Origin: Lama glama | Taxonomy: Eukaryota | NCBI GenBank assembly: GCA_028534125.1 | Contig: CM052818.1 | Coordinates: 5,768,001 to 5,832,000, forward strand | Reading direction: 5' to 3' | Length of the DNA stretch: 64,000 bases | Part shown: one piece after another, positions 22,520 through 36,974 of the stretch | How the letters are laid out: each line of letters begins with the position of its first letter | Position numbering within the stretch: position 1 is the stretch's first letter | Program-made: the position numbers and the translations under genes | Notes under the pieces: model-generated | What the model was told of the DNA's origin: nothing | Seen by the model: the letters and a program-made list of their open reading frames with translations, nothing else | Databases searched by the model: none

Positions 22520-25500
22520 ATTTCATTTTGTATTTTTGCATTTCTATGGTCGCTGGCCAACACCTTTTTTTTTTTTAAATCCTAAGCTAATTTAGCATGT
22601 AAAGTATTATATATTTTCAGATACAATTACCTGATCCGTGCTTAGGGCCTATGTGTTTGAGGTGCTCCCCCAGTGAGGCTTCCTCAGTGCCTGTAGCTTT
22701 TTACCCCAGGAGGGAATAGCTTGAATTTGTTTCAAAATTCTCTTCATTTTATTTGCTTTCTCTTTTCCTATGAGTCTTTAATTTAGTTCTGCTGACACAG
22801 TTGGTTAACCCCATACTGGGGAGCTGATTAAAAACACTTTCTAAAAATGTCTGTTCCTATTGCTGGTATTAATCAGCTTTTTTTTTTTTTTTTTTGCCTA
22901 TTTTGCTTTTTTTTTTTGGTTTGTTTATCAAAATCTTTCCACCCCAATCATTCTAAAAGGGCACAGTTTAAAAAGCAACATACCCCATTCTTTTGAGGAC
23001 GGGCTAGTTCTCATTGCGTAAAGTCTAATGTCCTTGCTACCTTTAGAATGATTCTGGAGAACAGTAAGTGATCTTAGAGACTCTTTCGTACTGTGTAAAT
23101 GCTGGCAATAAGCAGGTCTGTTCTCATCCACGTGTTTAGGAGTCCACTGCCCTACAGATCCCCCTCTTGAGGACTGCTTCCTTGAAGTATCTGAACTGTG
23201 GTTGCAGATTTGCTGAGAAGCCGCGCAGGCTCATTCATGCTCTACGCACTCAGTTAACCCAGACACCAAGGTCATCCTCACTCTCCTAACCCTGCTCTCT
23301 TGGAAACTTTTTAGAAGACATGAGGTCCAAAAACAGTCCCAGAGTTTATTTGCTTTTCTCATTGTCACTGACATTTTGGGGGGATAGTGATTAAAGAGGC
23401 AAGTCTGTTGCAAATTTCATAAATTGGTCTTTTCTCTCTGCTCTGCTGTCAGGTTGCCCTTCTCACTAATGTCACCATATGTCAGGGCTTATCCCAGACA
23501 ATCTGAGATCGATTCAGAGTGTTTGACTACCTTTTGGGGTCCTGTTGCCTGTAATGGGTAAAACTTTGCCAACTTTTTCATCTTCTGCTGTTCTGTTTAG
23601 AACAGTGTTACTCAGCTGACATTAATTGTCTGTTCTAAACAAGTCTTTGAGATTCAGGCATAAAATTGAGAATTCAATTGTTGTCCCTAATTTAAGAAAG
23701 CATTTCACAGTTTGCAATGCCTGCCCCACTCTCAGGCCTAATATCATCTTTTACTCCGCAAAACTCTGCAAAGACGTATTATTGTCATCTCCATTTCACA
23801 GATAAAGTTTAAAATCACACAACTGTTTACTTCACAGTAAGTAACATGACATGCACTGAAGATTATGGTATTAATGGAAAAATATCCCTGTAATTGCATC
23901 ATTTTATTGTGCTAAATATTTGGGAGGGAGGGCATGAGAAAAAAATGAGAAAACATTTCCTTTTAGTTGAATTTTTTAGCTCTTTTCTCTTTCTCTCCTA
24001 TCATCTATAAGATGAGAAATGTTTAAACTTCCGGAACACATCTCCAGAAAGTTCCACTATTTCTAGTGTCCAGACATTTTGAACTGATTAACCACGCTCA
24101 ATGTGAAATGTTTGCTTCTCTGACTTCAAAGTTATTTTTTGTTGAGCAAATAATTATCTATTTTTGAAAGACTGCACTCAAAGTTATATATAGAACACAA
24201 GATTATTATGTAGATTTACTGTAATTCTTTTATTCTATAAGTATAATATTTGTTTTGTACTTATAGTTGGTATGTCTTCTTTGTATTTAAAAAACTATAA
24301 CATAGACATAAATCAATTTATGACATATTATGGCATGGTTTTCAAGGAGATAGCAATTCAAACTTTCCATTTAAAGACAGAGAAGAAAACTGCTTTCAGG
24401 AAATATTAGTTAATCGGCAGGAGTCCTTTTCAGCGCACAGTTACCATGGGATTGAGAAGTATTTGCTAATTATAACAGTGCGCTAATTATCTGCTTTTAC
24501 ATCTCATCTTTCTGTCTTTCTGTCTAAATTCACTTCTAATTATATGGTTCCCTTTTGCATATGACATATCTAAAAGTATTACTTTTATAAGATATGAATT
24601 CTTGTACTTGGAAATATTAAAGACATAGTTTCACTTCCAAAATATTTTCTCCTACAATAAAGTGAAATCTTTTGATTGTGGGTTGAATAATCTGTCATGT
24701 TGCGGGGAGGGAGGGGCCAAGATTTAAATAGTAGACATTTTGTATCTTCCAAAAGAGAATAGCAAAACTAATCAGCCTTGTCATGGTTTCTATTTTTCAA
24801 ATGCAGTTAAGCAGATAGAGCCACATTACCCACTCATCACTACCATCACTGTCATCATAGTTTTGTCACTTTTTAGAATTCCCAATGTTGTGACTGATGG
24901 AAAGATATTTAAAGCATAGCATAGTAAAGGACACGTTATTGGGTCATCAGAACGTGTTTTCGTGGGATTAGTTAATTGGTCACCTGAATGGCGGAGGTAA
25001 AACAAAAGTTAACAACAACAGCAATAAATATGATTTCAGTTCCTGTAGTCTGATCCCCACCCTGCGCTTGCTGAACAAATAGAAACAGGAATTCACTTCC
25101 CCTGTAAAGAGAGTCTCACTCAACTCCCCAATGTGGGGAATTTCACTGGGGTCGGCGGGGGGCACTTATAAATTGAGGGTCTCCATCATTAGGGGACCTT
25201 CCTCTCCTACGTGGGCTCAGGTGACAGCGGTTGGCCTGACTCATCTGTGGGGACACATTTTCTCTAACTCCACTCCTGATCATCCTTTATTGATCATGAA
25301 CTTTAATGCACACATATTCATTTCAATGCTTATTTGTTTTAAAAGAAAGCATAAAGAATAATTTATAAGCTTTTAAAGAAACATCTGATAGAGTACTTGC
25401 AGCTTCTGCAAATACAAACAAATATCTGCTCTGCAGTCTTTAAATACATATAGATACGTGGATCAAGTGGTTTTTGGTCTTGGGCTCCAGGAGTGGGTCG

Positions 25501-27887
25501 AAGGAGCTGGAGGGCTGGTTGAAGCACAAGGGGGGCATTTACTGGGGGTTTCCTCTATGTCAGGCACTAGGAGAGATGCTCTGATACACGTTCTTTCATT
25601 CTGGTAGCATCCAAGGCTCTTGAGGGCTGTGATCATAGTCCAATTAGAACTTTAGAGTTTGATATCTCTTTTATGTTGAATGACACTGGGCTGAAAATTT
25701 AGGTCTTCTGCCGTCAATTTCACTTTTTATCCCTGGCCACAGCCTCATTTACATCCATTTAACTCGAGATGCTCAATTGCCCAGCAAACTAAGGAGGCAG
25801 TAAGGCCCTGGGAACTAAGTGGGGGCATTCCCTGCAACTGGAGATAGTTCAGCCATGGAAGAACCTCCTCATTATTTGAACAGAGACCTCTTTTCATCTT
25901 TCCCACCCCCTTGGGCTTGAGGCGCCTCCTCATCTGGAAATCAGGAAGACTTGACTCCATTTTTTATATTCTCCCCAGCCCTGGTGATTTGTGAATTTTG
26001 TATTTGATTCTGCTGATGTCAAATGTGTACGGTTGAAAGCGGGAAGGCAAACTGATTATAAACAGAACTTTTCCAGTTAAAATCTCAGGGGCTCAAGAGA
26101 CATGATTTAAGTATTTTCTGACTCTGACAATCAGAAATTCATTCCTTTAGGCAATTATAAGATACACTGAAAAACAAAACAAAACAAAAACTTTTTTCTT
26201 TTTTGCTTCTACCATGTAAATTATAACATGTTATGGAAGTGAAAAGCTTCCAAAGGGATGGAGACAATAGTCCTAATATCAAGCCACTGAAGGCTGGGGT
26301 TATTTCTTGACTATTTACTGTGTGCTTTGAAATAGGACATCCTCCCTTTCTGGGCTCAGTAAAATAATGTTAATTCCATCTCCTTCAGAATGGCACGCTG
26401 ATGTTTAATCAATGTTCATAAATCTCTTCGAGATCGTCAATGATAATTGTGACATAAAGTACAAAGTATTATTCTTGAAATGGGGTAATTTTATCCAATT
26501 AAATCTCCTCTGAGCTATCACCTGGGTAGGGAACACTGTTATTACTTTGCAAATTACTTTGTACTTAGACTTTTTCATGTTCCCTAGTCATGAGCAAAAG
26601 TCTCATCAGAAGGCTTAGAATATTTAATATTTGCAACATTGACTTTGATGGGACATTACAGGGAAGAACAATATGGTCTAGTGCTGTACTAAGGGCAGGT
26701 CAGCAGGACCTAAATCTCTCTGAGGATGCATCTTATGCAATGCCATTAGCCATTCTTAGAGCAGCTGTATAATTAATAACTGGACACAGCTTGTCATTAA
26801 TTTGAGACTTTGAGTTTGAAGCTAGGCATCAAGTTGGTCTATGAGATTTGCCCTGGTTTCTAGAGACTGCCTTCTTATGATCAGTTGGTGGTTTTTGCTT
26901 TTTTAAACGCAGCCAGCCCTTCAAAGACAGTTGTGAAACACAGAATTGATACACGATGTTTCCTAGCCAGGACTAGAAATTACCTACCATGTTTTAAATG
27001 CAACAGTCTAGACATTGTTCTTCATTAATTAATTAATGCATTTATCCGATAAATTATTTATTGATTACCCACGTGCCAGAATCTGGATTAAGGAAGACAA
27101 AGGAGGGCAGAGATCCTGAGGAAGTGTGTGATCAATAGTAGTTACTTTCCTGGCCCGTTCATGTGTCATTTTAGCTGCTCATTGTATTTTGGAAGTTGTT
27201 CTAGAGAGCTGTATTGTCATCTTGAATGAAAATGACTTCTCCCCACCCCCACGTCAGTCCACAACTGGGGTCAATTCATCAGGCATTCCGTGAACTTTCA
27301 TTACGTTCAAGGACAAAAGAGGTATTTATGATAATTAACATAGAAAATGAGAAAAAAAATAGCTCGCATTTTAGGTCACAAAGTTTTGAAGTTTGCATGG
27401 CAATAAAATGAGAGAACTCCATCATTTTTAGTGTATACAACTGCTTAGATATTTGAGTAATAATTATCTCCTTTTCTTCTTTCCCCCAACCTCTTCTGAT
27501 TATGTCAAAATTGCAGTGACTATTAAAGATGGCCAAAGCACCCCAAGAAGTTAAAGATTCAATTGTCAAAATGGTACTGAAAAAGAAAGAAATGCTAAAG
27601 AAAAAGGAAAAAATTCCATAACCCCATCATTCAAACATAACTAATAGCAACTTCTTTCTTCAGATGTATGTTTTTGTAGAATTGTGTGCTTTTGCTTTCT
27701 ATTATATCTTTTTCAAATTATTACACAAACTTTGTATCTATTTTTAATGTCTGCCTAATATTACAAAGCCTAGGTATACCATAATACTGTCTTTTTCCCA
27801 TAATACTGTTAAGTACCACTATTTGGGGATATTTATTTGGTCTCAATTTTTTTTCTCCCACTATTGAAAATAAAGTTACAGGGCATA

Positions 27888-27925
27888 GTGTGTTTGTGTG
27901 TGTGTGTGTGCGTGCGCACGTGCAT
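27888..27925. repeat. (TG)n microsatellite
   Basis: gtgtgtttgtgtgtgtgtgtgtgcgtgcgc. Confidence 0.85.
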
Positions 27926-30900
27926 GTAGATTTCCCTACATTTTTTAGATAGCTATCTATCTGGAGGTTGGAATTCTAAGTCTTTAAAAGATATTAAAAT
28001 TTCTATGGCTTTAAATTTTTTTTTTGCTGAATTATCTGTTAGCATTGGATTCAAAGATTTAAATATTCTCCCTACCAAAATTTGTAAATAAAAATGAGCC
28101 CGTATTTTTTAAATTGCATTTTTTATTACCTGCAAATTTGCTCATGTCTCTGTTTAGTAGTTCTTGTCCTTCTTTTCTGAATTGTCTGTTCACCTTTTCT
28201 GTGAATTTCTCTGTTAGGGAAATTGTAGCTTTGAAAATTCAGAATCCTCTTTCTTATATGAAGGAATATATGAAGCCAACATGTATGCTGTTTCTGAATA
28301 AATATTAATGAAATTTAAAGTGCTCATAAAAATAAAAAGACAGAACTAAAGCAGATTTGTCATAATTACGTATGTGTTTGAATGTACCTAGGAGAAAGAA
28401 TGAATAGACATTCATAAATACATTAATTGTGGTTATAAGATGGTGAATAATATTTACCTTCTTTTTCAAGGTTTCTAAAGTGGATGTGCTCTCTTTTTTT
28501 TAAACCAGAAAAAACAGTTATTTGTAGATATGTTTTTCTTTTCTCTAAACTCATTTTTTCTTTTAAACGTGGACATTTTTAAGACCTAGAGTTTCATTGA
28601 AACTGGTGAGAATATGCAAGTATGGAAGCTGTGGGCAAGTGAAAAGGTAGTTTCTCGAAGATTCTTTCCTTTGTGAAACCAAAATTTTCTAAAAAGATGT
28701 TTAGGAGGAGGAGACCAGATCGATTCCTCTGAGTGGGTGAGGGCTACTCAAAGTGGCTTTTCCTGCAGCTGAACAGTATGGAATAAACGCTTTTCAGCTG
28801 CTGCTGGTGTCGTTTTCCAAGCTGTTCTGAGATTTTGCATTGTAAGGTTTTTGTGTCATCTTCTGCCTGAATTTTTGCAGTGGCAAGTTACCATGGGTGT
28901 AAAGGGTACACAGATTATAACTGGATGCCCACTTTATAAAAAGTTTGCTTTAATTAAAATTATCCTTTTTTACATATGTGAACAAATTTCCATATTGGGT
29001 TAATTTAAATAAAGAAATCTATTGTTTGTAAAAAGAGTAACAAGTAGAAAAGCTGTTGAATTTCTCTCTCAATTAGCTGGAGTAATAGTGAAATCCTGAT
29101 CAGCCTGACCCCTCCATTCTCCGCGGGTACTGAGCCTTACCTGATGGTGCTGTACTTTGATGGAAGGTAAACGTCGGAGAGAAATTAAAATAACATCTTG
29201 AATGTTGAACTAAAAAAAGGTCTCAGTCAAGACTGATTTCCAAGAATGTTCCAGGGACATATATTTTAGAAGTTCCTGTAAATCTCCAGGGTAGACAAGA
29301 AACGGTGAGAAGAATTTCACTGAAATAATAAGTTCACTATTTCTCAAGAGTGTAGGCGTTTGGTCCTCTACATCTTAGTAGCCAGTTCTCCATGGAAGTT
29401 AATTTTTTAACATTAGGGTTTTGTCTTTATCTTCGGGATAACATTCTTGGATTAGGCAATCGGAAAGGGTACTTTCTGTTCTTTAGATTTACAAATCCTA
29501 CAAGCCCGAGGAAAGCTGGGCATGTTGGGATTTCAGGGAACGATGACTAACACTCCGGCTCGCTCCCAAGCCCCTGGGTTAGGGACCAATTGAAAGATTC
29601 ACATAGGAGCATCTTGGAGAAATACCAGCTTTGGGGTAGGAGGGAGCTAATTAGAAAACAAGGCTTAGATCTAGTCTGGCCAGTACCCATCTCGCCTGTT
29701 TAATTAAACAAACCCACCCAACAAAGGCTTCTCAAACCACAACTGCATGTGTATGTGAGTCCTGAGCACAGGCTGCCTGAAATCAAAAGACAAAGCGCTC
29801 AGCAGAGGCTGAGTCTCCAAGTGCAGTTCTTGTTTTCCCTCCAGATTCACTGATCAGGAAAACCGATCTTTCAGAGAAATGTGAAAGGGGGCAGAGAGGA
29901 AGACGTTGGAAGACTTTCACACATAGTCTGACTTGGTAAGTGCGGAAGCTCTCCCTCCTATGGAAACGAGTAGGAAGAAGCAGTCCCTCCTCAAAAATTA
30001 ATGAAGTAAAGAAATGACTGAAAAGCAAAGATTATCTGGATCTGAGGCATGAGTGGTAGCCCTCCTGGGGCTCGTGTAAACTGGCATCCTTGGAATGTCT
30101 GAAAGTTGTTGGCAGGGTATTTGCAATACCAATATATTTCTTTTCTGCTCTCAAAACTTGAGCACAAACAATGGCAAAGAAATCTCTGCAACGCTCCTCA
30201 AATAAGCGTGAGGAAGTGTGTGAAGACAGAGGTACTGAGAATCTTGAGATACAGAGCTTACCTCCTTCTTCTGGATCTAATACCCTGGGGAGCAGGAAAG
30301 GGCACCTTTCTCAATAATTTGTTCTTGCCCCGTTCATTTGCAGAGAAGGTGCCAGGGACAGTGTGTGGTCCACCAAGGGGAGAAAACCCAAAGGGACCTT
30401 TCGAGAGCGTTAAGTTCCATGGAGGGTGAGTGGTACCCAAAGTGGGAAGAAGCACCAGCACTGGCGATTGTACCTTTCTCTGTTTGGCAGGAAGATGGGG
30501 AGCAGTGCAGAGCAGGATCACTCAGAGGTAGTCGAAGAGAAAAGAAATAAGCTAAAGACCACTTAGGGCATGAATGGTCCAGAGAAGAACAGAGTCAAAG
30601 TGCTCTCAGATTTCTTCTGACCATTGCTGTGGATTAATACTGTCAGGCCCGACCCCCTAAAGCTTTGCCTATTTAAATGTCTTTCCTCCAATATTTCCTC
30701 ATGCTCCAGGGATGGGATCTAAAATATTATAGCTCTAAAACTATAAATAATTCTAATCTTTTTCTTATTCATCTTTTGGCAAGGGTGGGTAGCATTTACT
30801 CTAATTTTACTTTCTAATTTTGTTTTTGGACTATAACTTACACTGTGCTTAGCTCATTTCAACCTATTTCTCAGTCGGTATCTTCTGTTTTATACTGCAT

Positions 30901-32929
30901 AGTCCTTGTTTATGTAGAATATTAGGAACTACTTTTTCACAATATGTTCTTTTTTGTTGTTGAACATAAATTTTTATTTATATTTTAAAAAATCAGATCC
31001 TTTTAAAAAATTAGATTCCCAGAACTTAATCAATTAATAACTAGAAATTTGTACTCTTTGAGCAGCTTCTCCCATTTTGCTCATCTTTCAGCTCCTGACA
31101 ACCTATATTCTATTCTTCTTTTAAATTGAAGTATAGTCAGTTTATAATGCCGTGTTAATACAATATTTTCTTATTTTAAGAATCATTTTTCCCAAAAGCA
31201 TCAGTCTTTTTTATTTAAAAAGAAAAAATAGGGAATTAATCACTCCTTAAGCCAACAACAAATATGATTAAAAGAGGTAAATATCTTCACTCTGGTTTAA
31301 AGAGTTTTTAACTTCCATGTAAATAGTAAATTCATGAATTCATTTAACAAACTTTGAAAGTCTGTGTGATGCAGTTTTAAGGTTGAAGTTTTCAACTCAA
31401 AAGATGTCAGTAAAACAGAATGTAAATATCTTACATTTTCAGAAAAGGAATTAAAAATCACTTTAAACTGGAAAAAAAGATATTGTTTTTAAGCCCACAC
31501 CCCCTTTTCAAATCTTTATCTCCTGGTAATATGAACATCATGTGTATTTTTCTATGAAGTTTCTTGTATTCTTCTGAAGAAAAGTTGAATTAATGGAATT
31601 ACGTTCCTCAACTGTGCTGGGTATTCTTTGTTTAGCAAGAAAAAAAAGTGATTAAGACAATGCAAATTTCATTTCAATTCAGTTTCTCATCTTTATTTTT
31701 ATCATATTTAAGCTATTTTTTCTATTGATGCCACATTTATGTAATGAGAAACCTAAGAACATAATTTCTGTTGTTAAAGTTCTAAAAGTTTCTCAAAAAA
31801 AACCACCCAACATTATTAGCCATCTAAAAGTCATCTTTTGGATTTTGTTTACTCATTCAGTATCCATTTCTCTAGACTAAAAGTTTTATTCAAATAGAAC
31901 AATTCTGGAGGAGTTTAAGTATTGGTGGGCTAGGACAATTCTGTACTGATGGAACAGCAGTGAACCCTATTCCTCCTATTGATTCAAGGTTTTCCTGGAA
32001 GTGAGTGATTCAGTTTGCTCTCCATACCTCTCCAGCACCCTTAAGCAAAGCGCTACTTTGCATATCTATGAGCTGTCATTCAACCTGTGTTCCCTCTGAC
32101 CTGAGGCAGCTAGGAGCTATTGGAATCTTTTTTTTCAGAACATAGCTATTTAGAAGAACAGCAAAAGGAGGCACAGGAAGAGAGGACAAGGAATCTTTGC
32201 CCCCAAGAGAAGCAAAGAAACTTTGAAAATTTCAAACTCTGGTATGCAAAACAGATAGGAAAGAAACATGAGATCATGGAATTTGAAAGCTCAGATAGCA
32301 TCTTAGAGGCTCTCTAGTGCAGAAGAACCCTCTTACTGATGGATAAGGAAACTGGACCCCCCCAAAAAGCTGACTTGCCCCCGTGACCACATATTTGAAT
32401 AGGAGCTAAACCAGAAGTATTGGTTTGTCTGTTTGTTTGTTTTTTAAGCTGGCTCTCCTCTTTGGGAAACACAAGAAACAGTAAGTTGAAAGAAGTGCAG
32501 TTCTTTGCTAAACAGTTAAGAAGGATGGAAAAAATAGAATTCTGAAGCCATTGAAGTGTTTTGTCTCATTTTATTTAAACTCTAACTCTCTGAACACCAG
32601 GGCACCAATAAGGTAGAAATAGAACATACAGCAAAACAAAAGCCTAGGAGAAAGGTCAGGATGTTTGGGCAGGTCGGCTCTCCTTCCCTCTTCTTTGTCA
32701 GTCTCTTTATTTTGTGTGCATCATTTTGCAAAATCAGCCTCCCCACTGCCTCACATCAACAACGGGATGGAGGTGCTTCTGTGGAGAGCAGGCTTTACAT
32801 TGTAGAAGCAGGCAGTTTCCAATCTAATTTATGGCTTCCCTAAAAACACAATCTGGAGATGTCTTAGTTTACAAATATCACATGAAATGTCTTACTGGGG
32901 CATAGGATGAAGCTTCGAAGTCCTACACT

Positions 32930-33100
32930 CTGAGCTGTAATCCCAGTTCTTCCCACATCACCCGTTTGACTTTGCTCAAGTGCCTCAGTTTCCTCATCTG
33001 TCAAACAGAGAGGATTGTGGTTGGAGCTACCACATAGGCTTGTAAGGAAGTACACAATAATGCAGTAAATACTAACTCAATAAATAACCTGATACAATGT
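32930..33100 (+). mobile_element. MIR
   Basis: gcctcagtttcctcatctgtcaaa MIR core. Confidence 0.75.
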
Positions 33101-33744
33101 TAACTATGTCTAATTATCATTGTTTATGTCAATTTCCAGGAGCCCACAACACACAAGAATAATTGATTCATATAATCAATCTTTGTCTTAAAAGATCACA
33201 ATGAGGGTGTGAAATGACATCTAAAAGTGTCAGTGGGCTCCCTGTAGCAGAAGCAGTAAGAAAGCTAAGGTGGGACCCTTTGCTGAGCCTTCCTTCTCTG
33301 AATTTTACTTAGCTAACTGTCAATCAAAACAGACTCTGCGGGTGAGGAGGTAGATTGACTCACAGCCATGTGGCTCTGATCTTGGACTCCCTTGTTTCCT
33401 CTCCTTCACTTGACAAATGCATATCAAATAATGCCTACCTTGTGTATTTCACACATATAAAGGCAAAAATTAGATTATATATGTGATAGTGCATTAACAA
33501 GTATATGACGATTTATAGAAATGGAGGAAAAATAATTATCCTATGAGGTGCTTCACTGATTGGGGTTTTGAGCACCTAGTGAGAACAAAAGACCTTGAAA
33601 ACAGGGGCATCTATTAGAAAAAGCTTTCCTGAGGCTACCTGGCTACCTGTCTAGCCAGCTGTTTGGGGAAGAAGAAGGGTGAGAGGAAGATGGCTTCCTC
33701 GCATATCTGACTCATCTACATACACCTGTCCTCGGAATTCACAC

Positions 33745-34770
33745 TTTTTAAAAAATGGCTTTACTGAGCTAGAATGGAAATACAATAAAGAGCATGTATT
33801 TCAAGTGTACCATTTAATAATTTTTGACATATGTATGAACCATGGCCACAGTCAAGACAGTAGATACATCCATCACCCTCAGAAGTTTTCTCATACCTCT
33901 TTGCAATCCCCAGGGAAGCACTGATCTACTTTCTGTTGTCATATGGTAGTTTGGCATTTCTAAAATTTTATATACGTGGACTCAGACATATCGCGCTGCT
34001 TCTTTGTCTGGTTTATTGATATAATTATTCTGAGACTCATCCCTGTTGTATCTATCAGTAATTTATTCCTTTTCATTGATGAGTAGCATTTCTATACAGC
34101 ATTTTGATTATCCATTCGCCTGTTGATGAATATTTGGGTTATTTCTAGTTTTGGTTGTTACAAATAAAGCTGTATAAACAGTTGTGTAGAAGTCTTGTTA
34201 AGGGCAAATGCTTTTATTTCTCTCGGGTAAATACCAAGGAGTGAACTGGCTGAATCATACGGTATGAGTGTATTTAACTTCTTAGAAACAGCCAAACTAC
34301 ATACCTAAGAGACCGTTTCATTTTACATTTCTACCGAGAGTATGAATGTTTAGTCTTCTCCATGTCCTACACAATGCTGAGTGTTGTCAATCTTTTTAAT
34401 TTCAGTAATTCTACTAGGTGTACAGTGGTAGCTCACTGTGTTTTTTATTTGCTTTTCTGTAATGACAAAAGATATGGTGCATCTTTTCAAGTGCCTTTTG
34501 GCTACTTGCATATCTTTATTTAAGAAATGTCTATTCAAATCCTTTGTCTATTTTCAAGTTGGCTTATTTGTTTTTTACTGTTGAAGTTTAAGCCAAATCC
34601 CTTATCAGATAAATGATTTGCAAATATTTTCCCCCATCCTGTGGATGTCTTTTTATCTTCTTGCACAAAAGATTTTTTTTTTTTTAATTTTGATAAAGTC
34701 CCATTGATCTACTCTTCCTTCGTTTCTTGTGCTTTTGGTGTCGCATCTCAAAACCCGTTGCTGAATCCAA
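33745..34770 (-). mobile_element. Old L1 (L1M-type) 3'UTR and ORF2 C-terminal remnant
   Basis: ORF 34350..34538 (NRHFLNKDMQVAKRHLKRCTISFVITEKQIK) resembles the L1 ORF2 C-terminus. Confidence 0.85.
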
Positions 34771-34780
34771 ATTCTCCTCC

Positions 34781-36361
34781 CTGTATAATTTTATCTTAAG
34801 ATATCATATTTCTGTATAATTTTGTCTTAGGATATCATATTGTTGGAGTTGTGGAGTAGGTAGCCTTTTCAGAATGGCTTCTTTCACTTAGCAATATGCA
34901 TTTAAAGCTCCTCCATGTCTTTTTTGTGACTTGAGAGCTTATGTTTACGAATTACTAAGTAAAATTCCATTGTGCGGCTGTATCAGGGTTTGTTTATCCC
35001 TTCACGAATTGAAAGACATCTTAGTTGCTTCCCGTTTAGGGGAATTACGAATAAATATGCTATAAACATGCCGGGTTTTGTATGGACATATGTTGTCAAA
35101 ATATTTGCATAAATACCTAGGAGCACAATTGTTGGATCATATGGTAGGTGTACGTTTAACTTTATAAGAAGCTGCCAAACTATCTTCCCAGGCAGCTGTG
35201 CCATTTTGCACTTCCACCAGCCATGAATGGGGGTGCCTGTTGCTCCCTGCATCTTTGTCAGCATTTAGTATTGTTAGATTTTTGGATTTTAGTCATTTTA
35301 ATAGATGTGTAGTAGTATCATGTTGTTGCTTTGATTTGCAACTTCCTAGTGGCAAAGGCTGTGGAACATCTTTTTATATGCTTATTTGCCATCTGTATAT
35401 CTTTGTTGGTACTGTGTCTGTTAGAGCTTTGCCCCACTTTTTAATTAATTAGGGTGTTTTTCTTATTGTTGAGTCTTAAGAGTTCTTTGTATATTTTGAA
35501 TGTAAGACCTTTATCAGATACCTATTTTTTTTTCCCAGTCTCTGGCTTATCTTTTTATTCTCTTAACAATGTTTTTTGCCCAACATTGCCCATTTGAATT
35601 TTAATAGAGTCCAATTTAGTAATTTTTTTCATGCATCATGGAAAAATACTTTTGGTGCTGTGTTGGTATCAAAGTAATTCAGGCCTCCTAGAATGTACTG
35701 GGAAGTATGACTTCATTTTCAATTCTCTGGAATGGTTTAGGTAGAGTTGGTGTTACTTCATTTTCTTTCCATGTTTGGTAGGATTCACTAGTGAACCTCT
35801 CTGGGCCTGTTGTTATTGGTAAATTTTGTTTGTTTTTTGTTGGGAAGGTTTACCTGCAAGTTCAGGTTCTTTAACAGGTAGGGACATTCACGTTAGCTGT
35901 GTCTTTTTGAATGAGCCGTGGTGATTGTGTCTTTCAAGGAATTTGTCCGTTTAACCAAGTTGTTGAAGTTGGTGCCATAAAGGTGTTCAAAATAGTCCCT
36001 GGTCTCCATGGAGTGTACCATCCTTATTCTTTCCCTTCCTGGACTCTGTCCTGCCGAACCTGCTGCTTGCTGGCCCCAACACTCAGCTTCATTCCTGCAA
36101 CTCCAAGGGTCTGCCTGCTCTGCCTGGGTTTCTTCTGCCTGTACCACTGCTTGGAAACTCTCAAAGCAAGCATAGGGCTCACCTCATGTCTTCCTCTCCC
36201 GCAAGGATCCCTTTATTCCTTGATACTCAGTGCCTTGAAAATGGTTATGTTTCTTTCTTTTTTTTTTTTTCTTTCTTCTTTTTCGTTCCATTTTTTGGTT
36301 TCTTCAAGGAGGAGCATACATTTGGTCCTTATTACTGCCATTTTGGCCGGAAGCAGAAGTC
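34781..36361 (-). mobile_element. Old L1 (L1M-type) with 3' part, ORF2 pieces and apparent 5' terminus
   Basis: ORF2-like peptides WWKCK...LPYDPTIVLLGIY (34983-35264) and RDYFEHLYGTNFNNL (about 35930-36005); 5'-end-like GACTTCTGCTTCCGGCCAAAATGG ending at 36361. Confidence 0.75.
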
Positions 36362-36739
36362 TTACTTGATTTTTCAAGCCTTAAAAATGTCTCCACTTTA
36401 ACACCATGTGTTCATACTTCCCTGAATAAACCTAACTTTTTTTGAGTATCTCTGTCGATAGTTTTCACAAGCTAGTGTTTTGCAGAATCACCCAGGGAGC
36501 TCAATAGAAATGGATATTCCTGTGTCCCATTCCAAGAAATTCCAATTGTGGAGTTCTGGGGCACATCCCTGAGATTCTGGGAATGGCTGCCTGAGGAAAT
36601 GCGGAAATTATTTTACATGATATTTTTTCTAACTAGAATTCCTGTGTTACTTTCAAAGTCAACCTGTCTTCTGGAAAACTTTTCTGAGCTCCTCCAGGCT
36701 GTTAGTTACCTCTTCCTTTGTGATCATACATCACTTTTT

Positions 36740-36905
36740 AGAAACATCTTTATTTCTGTCCTTGCTACAGTACATTATAATTATTTGTATTTTTATCTCT
36801 ATCCCTAGATTATGAACTCTGTTAAGTTCTAAAACAGTGCCTGGCACATAGGTGATACTTAGTATATTTATTGATTTTTTTGGAATGTATAAATAAATGA
36901 TTGGT
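36740..36905 (+). mobile_element. L2 3' end fragment
   Basis: acagtgcctggcacatagg...tatttattg...aatga. Confidence 0.7.
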
Positions 36906-36974
36906 CAAGGAGGATAAAAACCTCAAATGAAGTTTCGAGTTTGATACCTGAATTCCATCTCTTCCTAGTGTTCA

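Noticed and set aside
34350..36147. ORFs with L1 ORF2-like peptides
   Set aside because: Fragmented, frameshifted relics; no functional retrotransposon CDS
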